A stretch of DNA of 60,577 nucleotides, the filler included, from Jimgerdemannia flammicorona (taxonomy: Eukaryota), in assembly GCA_003990765.1 (NCBI GenBank). It is 3 parts of 3 records of this genome, joined end to end, with 100 filler letters (N's around TTAATTAATTAA, not from the genome) between each part and the next. Parts side by side here need not be neighbours in the genome. Positions count along the whole stretch, not along the records: positions 20,228 to 40,353 come from RBNJ01001754.1; positions 40,454 to 60,577 come from RBNJ01001755.1; 1 more part is not named here. One strand, 5' to 3'. A program made the position numbers and the translations under genes. Positions 39,090 through 50,851 of this stretch are shown here, one piece after another. Within the stretch, counting starts at the first letter, position 1; every line of letters starts with the position of its first letter. The notes beneath the pieces were generated by a model. That model ran no database searches, was not told the origin of the DNA, and saw nothing but the letters and a program-made list of their open reading frames with translations.

Positions 39090-40353
39090 ATGGAATCGCG
39101 CACCATCACTGCCGCCAGCACCAACGCCAGCACCAACGCCAGCGCCGCCACCCGCACCAAGCATGTTCTCACCATCACTGGCGGCGACAGCTACCTCGGC
39201 CACTGCATTGCCGCGTACCTGCTCCGTGAGTCGGAGCGAGACGGCCGCGACCGCCACAGCGAGTGCCACATCCGCGTCCTGTGCTGTCGCGAAAAAAACT
39301 GCGACGATTTGAGGGATATGGGCGCCGAGATTGTTGTAAGTATTTTTTTTTTTTTTGGCGTCCTTTCCTTTTATTGTTACAGATATTTGTCAGGGCAGAA
39401 TGGGTGGTTGCATGGATGTTAATATAGATGGCCTTGGATAGGAAATCGACTACGAGGACCGCAAGTGCCTACGCCGCGCCTTCCGCGACAGCGAGTACGC
39501 CATCTTCGTGCCGGAAATGACTCGCAACCGGGTCCGCCACGGAGAGTGTCTCATCGAGGCCATGGAGAGCGAGAACGTTCGCCATGTCCTCATGTTATCC
39601 ATGTGAGCTCTCAACACTAGCTATTCTCTCGAGATTGGGATGATGGCGATTTAGGCACTAAAGGTTCCCTCGGTTTGGCTTTTCAGGATCGGTGCCGAGT
39701 CTCACAACCGGGAGCTCAGGAATCTCTGCGAATTCAGGCAGCTTGAGAATTACCTCAAGGACAACTTCAACAGAGGAAATTGGTGCATTTTCAGGTAAAA
39801 ATACTTTCACTTTCCCTCAGGTTGCTCATTCGCACGTCCAACGCATCTGACGATTCCCTCGCTACTTACAATTTCTGCGCAGGCTCGACTTCCTCCAGCA
39901 ATGCTTCCTCTTCTGGGCCCCCATGATCCAGGACGAGCGCGTTCTTAAATTGAGCATCGGTCGCGACGGTCGTTTTGCTCCCGTCAATATCCTCGACGTC
40001 TGCCGCGCCATCTACTGTTCCCTGACTCGCCACTACCGTGATGGCGACCGTCATGATGGTCACAACCGCGCCGAGTCCCAAACCCCGACCCAGCCCCAGG
40101 CTCAGGCCGCGGCCCAGGTCAAGGGAACTTTGCAGGGTTTCCGCTGGGTCCCTCTGGACGAACGCCACCACCGCCGCGTGTACTGCCTCACGGGGTGCGA
40201 GGCCGTTTGCGGCGATGAGATTGCGAGCATTCTCGGCGACGCGATTGGCGAGCGCGAGATCCGGTTCAAGAACGTGTCGCGCTCCGAAATGAGGAAGGAA
40301 CTGGAGAGGTTGGATGAACGTCGGGACGATGAACGTCGCGATGGGGGTAGGAA
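39090..40353 (+). CDS. NmrA-like paralog 2, partial (exons 39090-39335, 39442-39602, 39687-39794, 39883-contig end)
   Basis: Same exon structure and closely similar protein to 34509-36160; truncated by the contig end. Confidence 0.88.
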
Positions 40354-40453
40354 NNNNNNNNNNNNNNNNNNNNNNNNNNNNNNNNNNNNNNNNNNNNTTA
40401 ATTAATTAANNNNNNNNNNNNNNNNNNNNNNNNNNNNNNNNNNNNNNNNNNNN
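40354..40453. other. Artificial contig-joining spacer
   Basis: N44 + TTAATTAATTAA + N44. Confidence 0.97.
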
Positions 40454-43452
40454 ACCCTATCTCCCTCAGGGGTACCCCCCCACTTTTACCTGATGGAAGA
40501 CCACTTTGTCAGCCACCATCTCCACCCTCCCACCACTCTGGTTACAGATCCCTTTCACCAGATGGTAATGTCACCCACCCTGGGGACCCCAACCAACCTA
40601 CCACCCTGTAAGAAGATCACCCATCAGCTCCTCCCACCTCACCAACTTTTCCTACAACCCTATCTGTTGCTCTTCCTTAAAAACAAATAGCCAATATCTG
40701 GCCAACCCTACCCACAACTGAGTTCTGCCCCTATCCCCTAAGGAGCTAAGATTCTCCACCTCCTCCCATACATCCAGACCACCACTTCTCTCAACTGCAT
40801 TCCTCCCTTCATCAGTTCTATCTAGTCACTGATCCTGAACCATATTAAAATCACCACTGAGAACATTAACTCCTTCTTCTAAGAGAATACCCTCCTCCAG
40901 CAGCTCCTTAATCCATGCAATCCTCTTGCCCCTAACTGCAGGGCAGTAGCAGGAGCCAACCCTCACTGGTTCCCACCCTGGCTGATGCCATTCTCCCCAG
41001 ACCAAGTGATCAGTCCAGCTCCTAATTCCCTCCAAGTCTCCTCTACCCTTTATTACCAAAATCACCACTTTGCCAAACCAAGCAGTAGCTCTACCCCATT
41101 CCCTAGTCCACTCCACCTGATCATCCTCATCCTCACACTATACATCCTGCAGTAAAAAGAGATCAGCCTCCAATCCTTTAAGCCAAGTAAAAATGTTTTT
41201 ATACCACCCAGATCCCCATAATCCATTCTTGTTCAGAGAGAAAATGTTAGTTATACTGTTTATAAGAAATAATGTTATTTATCAATCACATCCTCTACAA
41301 ATCTACATTCAACTCCTCCTGTGCCAAGTCTAAGTTGTGTTCTGCAGCTAGTTCCTTCTCTTCAGCTTCCTGTGCTGCCAACCCTCCCAGAAGTTCAGCC
41401 ATCACCCCATCCTCTTTCTCCTCAAAGTCCTTATGATACTTCAGACAGGCCTTCTGCCAGAGCTACAAGCTATGATACTCTGCCCAGCAATAGGCAGCCT
41501 GCTCACCAGCAACAACCACCAGCTCTGCCTCTCTCACCTTATCAATCTCATATCCCTCTTCTTCTATGGAAATTGCAAGAATCTCTCCCTTCAGTGCCTC
41601 CACCACTCTATCTCTATGCAGAATTCTTGCCCAATACTCCTCAGACATCACATGCAGGTCCACTTCTCCCAACTCCTCAGCCATGAGGTTATCCATCACC
41701 TTGCTCATCTACAGCAGGTTCCCCACCTCCTTCCCTCCAGGAGTCTCTGGCCACCCTGCATCCAGCATTGTGGTATCTGCTCCTACACTGGCAGCCTCAT
41801 CCTACTTCTCCTCAGGGACATCCACCAGCTCATCCTCACTAACCACCACCATCTGGCCCTCTTTTGCCACATCAGGTACCCCAAAATGTACTCTCTGGGC
41901 CCCCTGTATCAGTACATCCTCTGCTGCCCCTCTCTTCTCTACTGGGCCCCCTGCATCAGCACATCCTCTGCTACCCCTCTCTTCTCTACTGGGTCCCTCC
42001 TGTTAAGTGGTGGGGGAGTGCTATCTAACTCCTGCTCTCAGACTTCAAATGTACCATCTGCATAGGGGTCCTTGCTTGGCACCTTCCCAGCCCCTTCCTT
42101 GTTCACCTCCACCTCTCCTCCTCCTTTACTAGCCCAGATGCTAACTTCGACACCTCCAGCCTCATCAGCCCCATCTACCTTCTTCTTTGTCCCTTCTTTC
42201 ATACTTGCCAAGAGCTCTCTCTGCCTCTTATGCCCCTGGGCCTATTCTCACTGTCTCTTGTCAGTATGGATATACTTCCCCTTCACAATCTCTAAGTGTG
42301 TTGACTCTTTATATTTCTTCCAGGCCTTTGCCCTCCACTCAACTACTCTACCCATCTCTTTTAGTGCCTCTAGTAGATCCTCCTCCTCCTCCTCACTCTC
42401 TTTTACCCTCAACACTCAACAGCTGAAAGCTCCCCAGAGCATCACCACTGACCAGTCACTCATCTTCCCAGTGGCCTCCTTTCCTGCTAGTCAAATCCTT
42501 ACATCAACATCCTCAGTCCTGATGGTGGTCCCCTCCCAAATCTGAAAACCAATATCAATTACATCATCATACTCAGCTATCACCTCCTCAACCCTCCTCC
42601 TCATCTCAACTGCTATCACCATAGGTACTTCCTTTACCAGCAGCTGTACTACTCTAGGGTCCCACCTCAGGCAACATACCATAGGGACCACCACCTCTCC
42701 AACTATAACTTGAGCCTTCAGTATCTCATCCAGCAAGCTTGCCTCCTCAAAACCCACTCCAACCCCCTCTAGTCTCTTCAGAAACTTCACCAAGGTGGCT
42801 CCAGCCACCTGCTTTGAGATAAGCCCCAGGATCATCCTTGCTGTCACTGCTAAGCCCTGGAAGCACAGGATCACTGTATACTCTGAAATTGACTTCGTGA
42901 GTAATGGTGCCACTGCCAGCTCTATCACACCATCAGCCAGATCCCCCTTCCACATTGGGAACCCCTGCCCCACTCTGCCATTAGCTCTCACATCTCTTTT
43001 TTTTTCCTGATTCCCCATCATTCTGCCATCAGCAGTCGCACCCCCAGCCACAGCACCTCTAGCACCTATGGTCTCATCCTCCACCTGAGTACCTCTCCCC
43101 CTCTCAAGGCTTGCCTTACCCTTCCCCTCAGCAGCACCAGCCCTAGATCTCACTGGCCACCCACTCTCCTTCACCTTGTCTGTGAAACTTGGGGGGCCAG
43201 GCCTTCCTCCATTGCCACCAGCCATTGGCCCACCCCCAGAGCCCTCTCCACCCTTTGATCCTCCAAAGGCCCCCATCTCCAGGCCATAACCCCTCCCTAC
43301 ATTCTGCCAGCCAAAAGCCCCAGGTCCACCTGACCCCGCATGCCCATCAGAACTCTTGCTTGATGACATTTGTATAGTACCTTTTCTCTGAGTTGTGTCG
43401 AAAACCATTGCTTGAAGTTTGTGTAATGTGAATTGTATAGGAGAAAGGTGGG
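40454..43452 (-). mobile_element. LINE copy with 5' end, ORF1 and part of the endonuclease, fused directly to the 3' end (RT deleted)
   Basis: 5' motif (c)acctttctcctatacaattcacattaca matches 13712 onward. ORF1 42491..43408; endonuclease ~40730-41265. At ~40720 the sequence jumps from the equivalent of ~16395 to ~19240. Confidence 0.88.
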
Positions 43453-44500
43453 TGCTTCCTTTTGCTCTCCTACTGTCTCATTCACCTCTTCTACCACCAC
43501 CAGCCCACTATCCCCACAGGGAGGCACTTAGCATCCCCTAACCTATACCTTGACTCTGCTCTACATACTGGCAGTCAAAGGCACTAAAGCTGCCCTGCTC
43601 TATATACTCTCCAGAATACTCATTGCTGGCTATATTAATAGTATCTTTTTATCAAAAAAGTTATTTGAAGTATCATCAGAAGTTCATATAACTTGAGTTT
43701 TAGTCTCCACAATAGTCACAATGAGTACTTCTTTTATCAGAAGTTGTACTACCCTGAGGTCCTACCTCAAGTAGTATGCTATTAGGATACATATCTTCCC
43801 AATAGTTAGTATAGCCTTCAGTGTATTTTCCAATATTCCAGTCTTCTCAAAGCCTACCTCTACCTCTTTCAATCTACTTAGAAACTTCACAGACACTATA
43901 CCAGCTATCTTGATCAGCCCTAAGACTATTTTCACCATTACTACCAAGTCCTGAAAGTACAAAGTAACTGCAAACTCTGAGATCAACTTCTTGAGTAATT
44001 GAACCACTATCAGGCCTGTTACAATATCTGTCAGATCCACTATCTGTCTGGGCCTCATCTTCCCAGCCCCCTTATCAGCAGTCACATCAGAATTCTTTTT
44101 CCAGATCACCTGCCCTATTAGCAGTCACACCCCCAGCTACTACACCACCAGCCTTACTACTCAGTAACCCCAAGAGAGCCCCTCCTGGCCCCCTAGCAGC
44201 AGTCTTCCTCTTGCCACCCTGCAGCCATCTATCCAGCCCCACTACCAGACCCTCCTGCTTGACCTTCTCAGCAAAGCTCATCTGATTCTCCCCTGGCTAC
44301 ACCATACCATCTCTTCCACTATTACTCACCCCTCTCTCTCCTAATAGCATCTCCAACTCTACTCTCTGACCTCTCCTCTATACTGCCAGCCAAATGTACT
44401 TGGGTCTCTCTGTTCAGTGTAATTCTTAGAACTCTAATTTTAGAATATATTCTTTAGACTTTTCTCCAAAAAATAGTATAAAAGTAGATAATATTTATTT
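43453..44500 (-). mobile_element. Older LINE ORF1 fragment, interrupted by the younger LINE
   Basis: ORFs 43762..44109 (LLKKLISEFAVTLYFQDL...VKFL) and 44087..44281 (MSFAEKVK) are homologous to LINE ORF1. Confidence 0.8.
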
Positions 44501-44519
44501 ATATAATATAAGATATATT

Positions 44520-45290
44520 AGATGAAGATGACATTCTTGCTAATAATTCTTATCTTTGATAGTAAGGACTATACTATATGAGTATATCATATAAAGAATC
44601 TCTTAAAGAAATATGGTTTGATGAACTACTAGAAACCACAGGTAAAAATAATAGGATATAATATTATAAAGGATTATAGAGTACTAAGGGAGATTATATT
44701 CACTCTTTCAAATATGCAAATGAAGCCATCATCAATACTATATTGATGAATGAAGCCTATGAGATCTTATATCAACAGGTATCTATTTAAAACAGATTCT
44801 ATCTAAAAGAACAACTGTTCAATCTTCAAATAAAGTCCAGAGAGTATCTAAAACTATACTGATCAAGTAGATAAGCTAGCAAATCAAGTGAACTCTCTTA
44901 TATCTATATTTTTAGATATTATCAAGGATAAAAACAAAGTTCTAACCCTTATATGTGGCCTTTTCAAGATATCCAATATTGTTATTACTACTATAAAGGA
45001 ATATAGTATGCTATCAGACTATAAGTACATTTTCATGAGCTTTTTAAATGAGAAATCAAGGCTGGGTAGCAAAGATAATAAAGATGACAAAAAGTCTTCT
45101 ATAGAGTATATGAATAAGGCAAAGATAATAGCAACAGACAGAAGTAAGATAATGAATTAGATCAAAGCCAGTAATATCAGAAATTTAATAGTAAATATTT
45201 CTACTTAATAATTATTAATACTATATATAAAACTGAAACTATAAGAAGAAGAAAAAAGATAGTCAAGAACAATAGCATGTAAATATAGTA
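44520..45290 (+). mobile_element. Decayed Ty1/Copia gag remnant
   Basis: NRFYLKEQLFNLQ...DKLANQVNSL...IKDKNKVLTLICGL...IVITTI...FLNEKSRL, followed by KFNSKYFY (decayed KFxGKCFY knuckle). Resembles Copia gag (UBN2-type). Confidence 0.7.
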
Positions 45291-48200
45291 GTATGATAAG
45301 CAATAGAATTGTACTACCAAATTCCTAAATTAGCCATATACCATATCTAGTATACTAAGTAACTATGACTACTTTACTGTTCCAATCTATATAATTAGCC
45401 AGAGTTATCAGAAATAGTATATTTATCTGTACTGAGTGGGTACACTGGACCAAGTAAGTATACTGTACTCAGTAGAGACACTGTACCATCTAAAAAGACT
45501 TGTCATAGATAGTAATCTATAGTTAGCAATATAGTAACCAGTAGTAACCACAACTGTATAGAATACCCCAGAGATAAGAGTGAATAAACCTCAGTCTGAA
45601 AAGTTGAAACAAATCAAAGAAGCCTCTAAAGATTGAGCATTGGTCCCTTTTCCCCACTCAGGTCCACTTTTTGATACAAAGAACTGTTTGTTACATTTTT
45701 GGTTCACTTGACAGATAAGCCTGAAGCATCTAAGAAATTTACCAGAAGTTTAAGTGAAGAACTTCACCACAATTTTCAAGAAGAAGTTCTCTATCTTACA
45801 TAATACCAATCTGTTGATGTAACTACACAGTGAACTTATTCATGCAAATGAAGCCAGTCTGATGTAACTTTGCTAAGAAAGTGAATCTAAGTTGTTATTC
45901 AAGAAGGCTGCCAATTAAGGAGAATCCTCCTCATCTGTTATTTTCAAGACATCTGTATTTCTAGAGAAGCTACCAATTAAGAAGAATCTGTAACATCTGA
46001 GTCATCCAAGTTATGAGTTTTTCATCCATTCTCAGTAAGCCTGGCCTAAGAAGAATCAGTGTCATCTGAGTATTATTCTCAGTCAGGAGATTATTTTGCT
46101 ACATAGAGATCATCATACAGAAATCACATAAAGAAACCACCAAAATTAACAGATTATTATATATAAGAAACCCACTACACTATATAGAGATCATCATACT
46201 ATACAAGAGATAGTTATGTAGAAATTGCATACTTTTGGAGAATGTCCATGCTATAAACAAAATTACTACTATATCCAAGAACCCATACCAATAGGGAAAT
46301 CACTTACAGATATCCCACTTTGATTATTATACTACCAAACACCAAGGATATCAGGAAATATAAGAACATTTTGTTGCTTTTTGACAAAGTAACTGGGCTC
46401 ACAAGCCAAACTACATCAATCAACAACCATGTGATTTGCCTCCATTGAGCCAGGCATGTTACATTTAGGGCTCAACTGAGAAGATTTAGAAATTGACATA
46501 ACTTTTCAGCTCACAAGAACCCACAGTCAAACTGGATATATTAATACAATACCAATTTCTGCCACTACAGGAAAACCAGTTATCACTAGCATCTGGATAG
46601 GAAGAGAAGTAATTACTTCAAGACTTCCCAATAATTCAGCATTAGAAGGATCCTTATCAGAAACCAGTATAGCCTGAAATTCTCAACCAAATCAAATAGA
46701 CAACACAGACAGCCCTATTGGAGACTTTGAAGAACTTATCCAAGAACTAGAAGATCTTATTATATAAGCCTGAAATTCTGCAGCCATATACTCCAGAGCA
46801 GTTCCAACAATCTCCCTTATTGACAAATTTACTACCAGCCCTTGCAGAATGTGAAGCAGCTCTTTCAAGAATACCTAGACTCATTTCACTTTACTCAAGG
46901 TCCAGAACACCATCCTCAAGATACCCAAGCACTGCCATCTTCTGTGAAAGTTCAGAAAGCAAATCAGAGTCAGAATCCGAATCAGAATCGAGACCAGAAC
47001 CAGAATCAGAAGAAAGTAATGATAAAATGGCCACCTTACTGCCAACCTTTGTAGGATATCCAGAGGGAGATCCTAGAGAATTTTTTGATGAAATTGAGGG
47101 AATTGCAGCCCTGAGAAATCTCTCAGATAAAAGGAAATTGTCATCTTCAGGGCCCAGTTTGGAGAACTAGGCAGAGGAATTTTCCACCAAATAACAAATG
47201 ACCCAAACTCAGAACTTGTAGCACAAATATAAGCAGTAGTATCCTATAAGATAGAATACATAGTCATGTTCCACTGGCTTATAAAAAAATATGCAGAAAT
47301 TAAAACCTACCATAAGCTCAAGAATCTATTATAGAGATGAAGATATATCTTAGAGAATTATCCAGAGCTTTCTTTATAAGAATCCAGAAGAGAATGCATA
47401 TAGCTGGGTTCAATACCACCAACCAAGACATCATAGATCCAATGATCTTCATAAATGGGATTTCCCTGAACATTGTCCAGCATGTCCACACCCTAGGCAT
47501 CAGAAGGTCTGAAGAGCAAGTAGATACAGCTCAAGAATTCTTTAATATTAGATAAGGAACTATCTGGAGTGACCATGACAAGAAAGATAATAAAGAAGAC
47601 ATCCTAGTCAAAGCCCTATAAGAACTTCTTCAAGGACAAGAGAGATCCAAAGAAAGAAGACCAGCCAAAGAAAGAAAGAAGGACAGGAGTGAAATCCAAG
47701 ACCTTGGTTCCAAGTTGGACCAATTGGTTAAATAGATTGAAAAACTCACCATATATGAAAATCAGAGTTATCAAGACAACAGAGGATATCTACCTTGGAT
47801 AGGCTAAGGTTATCTACCAAGAGATAACAGAAACTACCAGTAAGGAAGATACTCTGCTCAAGGAAGAGCCCAAGTTCAATACTTCTACTGTGGACAATTT
47901 AGACACTATACTACTGAATGTGACAATAAGTGATTGAAGGGACTCAGAACCATGAAACCAAAAAAATGATACTCAGTATAAGGAGACTGAAGCCCATCCT
48001 ATTGAAGATTTTGAAGCAAGCAACAGTGAAGACTACAGTGACCTAGAATTGTATCCTGCTAAGGTTATCACCCAAAAAACCATCTACTCAGTAGAGAAAA
48101 GGAAGAGACCTGTAAGAAGGCCCCCTAGGAATTTCAGCAGAAGAATTATCCCAGAAGAAGTTGAAGAACATAAAGAAGAACAAGTAGAAACACCTCTCTA

Positions 48201-50224
48201 GACTCCCTTATCTTTTGTCTCTGAGATAAATGAGCTGCCACCAGAGGATGAAGAAATGGAGCAAAAAGAATGAGAACCTACTGCTCAAAAGTCCAAGAAG
48301 AAGTACACCCTGAAGACCATGCCCAGAGACATCTATAATGAAGCTTGGTAGAAGATTCAAGAAGCCAAGATAGAAGTCCCTCTCCTGCAGTTTCTGTAAC
48401 TAACACCAGCTAGAGTCTGAAATAAAATACTAAGGACCACTATGTCTAGTACTGGCCAGGTCTCCATTCTACCACAAGAGCTAGCTCCTATACTCATCCA
48501 AGCTGCAGAAAGACATGTCCTACCTACATAGAGATATTGGAGGACAAATGGCGAAAATCCTCATAGATACAGGAGTAGCTGTCTATGTCATTGTTAAATA
48601 ATTCCTAGATACCCTCCTATGGCCCATTGATAGACCATCCAACCTCAGTATCATAGTAGCAGATGGAGCCCAAACTCAACACCTTAGAGAAGTATAAAAC
48701 ATCACTATCTCCCTTGGACACATTCAGTTCTCTATCCTAAAAGCTATTGTCACTAAAGCTGTTACCTATGACATGATTCTTGGTACCAACTATATGAAGG
48801 TAATGAATGCAGTTATTGATATCAATCGACAAGTACTCAAGTTTGACTACTGAGACAAGAAGTACAGAGTTATGATAACCAGCTATAAGAAATCAAAGAA
48901 GAAGATGAAGGTCGCTATCCAGGAGGAATATACCAGTAGTGAAGAATCTACTACAGAAGAGGAGGAAGAATCTGAAGATAGAAATGATCCAAGACTCAAT
49001 CCCTGGATCAACCTAGTAGATGACAGGCCAGAGAATAATGTATGGACCAAGAATACCTTCCCCATTACTATCAGAGCCATTGTTGGAGAAATCAAATGAT
49101 GCCCTATCTGCCTCAAGAGACACAAGTGCCCTGAGCACTCCTCCAATATCATTGGGATAAGGAATTTGCCTGGCACAGCCTGCCCTGAGTGCAGAAGAAA
49201 GAAGAGGAAATACAGATATGTTCCAGAGATACCTGCAGCTAAAGCTGCAGAAGTATAAGTAATTTGGAGTCAAGAATCATCTGAGGAGAAAGAAACACCT
49301 GAAGAGGAAGTTCTCAAACAAGAAGTATCTAAAGAAGAAGAAGTCTCCAAACTCATTCCCTGGGATGACTCTCATTGGACACTACCTGAGGATAATGATC
49401 TCTGGAATATTGAAAAAGGACCTAGTATAATTCCCATTATTCCTAAGCAAGAAACTCACCAAGAGAGAGCCTTTTGGCTTAGAAGATGTCTACATCAAAT
49501 GATCTTCCACTATTCCTGAGACTACGGCTTTCAGTGCCATTTACTGAATCAATAAGAAAGACAGAGACCTTGAGGATTGGAACCCCCAACTATAGTTGCA
49601 CAGTAAACTATCTTCCAAGAAGTCACTATCAAGTTGCAAAGCCAATTTAGAGGGTAAGATCTCTTTACTCAGACAGAAATATACTCCTTAGCCACCCTTC
49701 TCCCAATATATGACTAAGATGGATACTGATCTCTGAGAAAACAAGAGATCAATAACTGGGAATAGCATTTTCAAGCAATGAGATATTGCAACCATTGAAG
49801 ACACCCAGACTGCTGAGACTGCAGATATCAAAAGATTCACCTCAGTCATGATGTCAAAATCTATATCTTGGAGAGAGAAGATAACAGAGGCCAGATCCAA
49901 AAAAGCCAGACCAAGAAATGTAGAAAAAAGACCCTCAAGATCTATGATTTAGGAGAAGATATCTTAGCTCTTATCAGATATACAACACACTAAGAATGGG
50001 TAGAAGATGCCACCAACTTCATGGAAGCCCTAGACCCCATAGAAAAAAGAGGAATCAACTCAATCTGAGACCCATGTCCTGGAGCCAGATGGCCACACCT
50101 CAACCTCAGAGCCAGGAGACTTCCTGCTAGTAGAGCCTCAGCTCAAGAATAGCCTAAACTCAGTAGAGATATTGCCCAGTATGTCCTGCTACATCCCAAG
50201 GCCAAACTTCTGACCAAAGCTCAT

Positions 50225-50570
50225 CAAGAAAATATAGGATATAATCTTTGTAGTCTAGAGGATGAAGCTATCAAGCCTGGAAGAACTTGATGATCAGAAC
50301 CAGACTAGCCATACAGCCATCCCAAGGAACTTACATCCAACTGACCTAAGGTCTGGACTTCTCAGATAAAGAATAACCATAGAAGGAGGAACTATTGATC
50401 TAGGATATATATATGAACATCCTATAACAGTAGTGCAGAATGGTATCAAATCATAAGAGGACAGAAGATTGCCCAAACAGTTTTTATGAAGACCAAGACC
50501 CCACAACTGCAAGAAGTCTCCAAACTGACTGAAAGAATAAGGTAAGCTAAAGAATTTGAAAGCTCAGACA
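50225..50570 (+). pseudogene. dUTPase domain of Gypsy family 3 pol
   Basis: IGYNLCS...QGTYIQL..RSGL...TIEGGTIDLGY...KIAQ...KEFESSD, read across frameshifts. Confidence 0.82.
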
Positions 50571-50851
50571 AGAAGGAAGTATACCTCCTTAAAGTCAATT
50601 ACCTTAAGAGGTAATTCTCCAGCAAGTATACCACAACTCAGTTAAACTATACAAGAATCTCATCCTGGAGCCTGGAAAGCAAACCACCTTCAAATTCTTC
50701 GTACCACCTAACCCCAGAAATCTCATATTTGAAGCCAATGAAGATATCCTGAACCTAGATATAGAAGAATACACATTCTCTGACAAAATGAATCCAGTAT
50801 ACTTCTGAGCAACAAACCAAAGTTGGGAAACCATCATCTTACACAAAGGAA

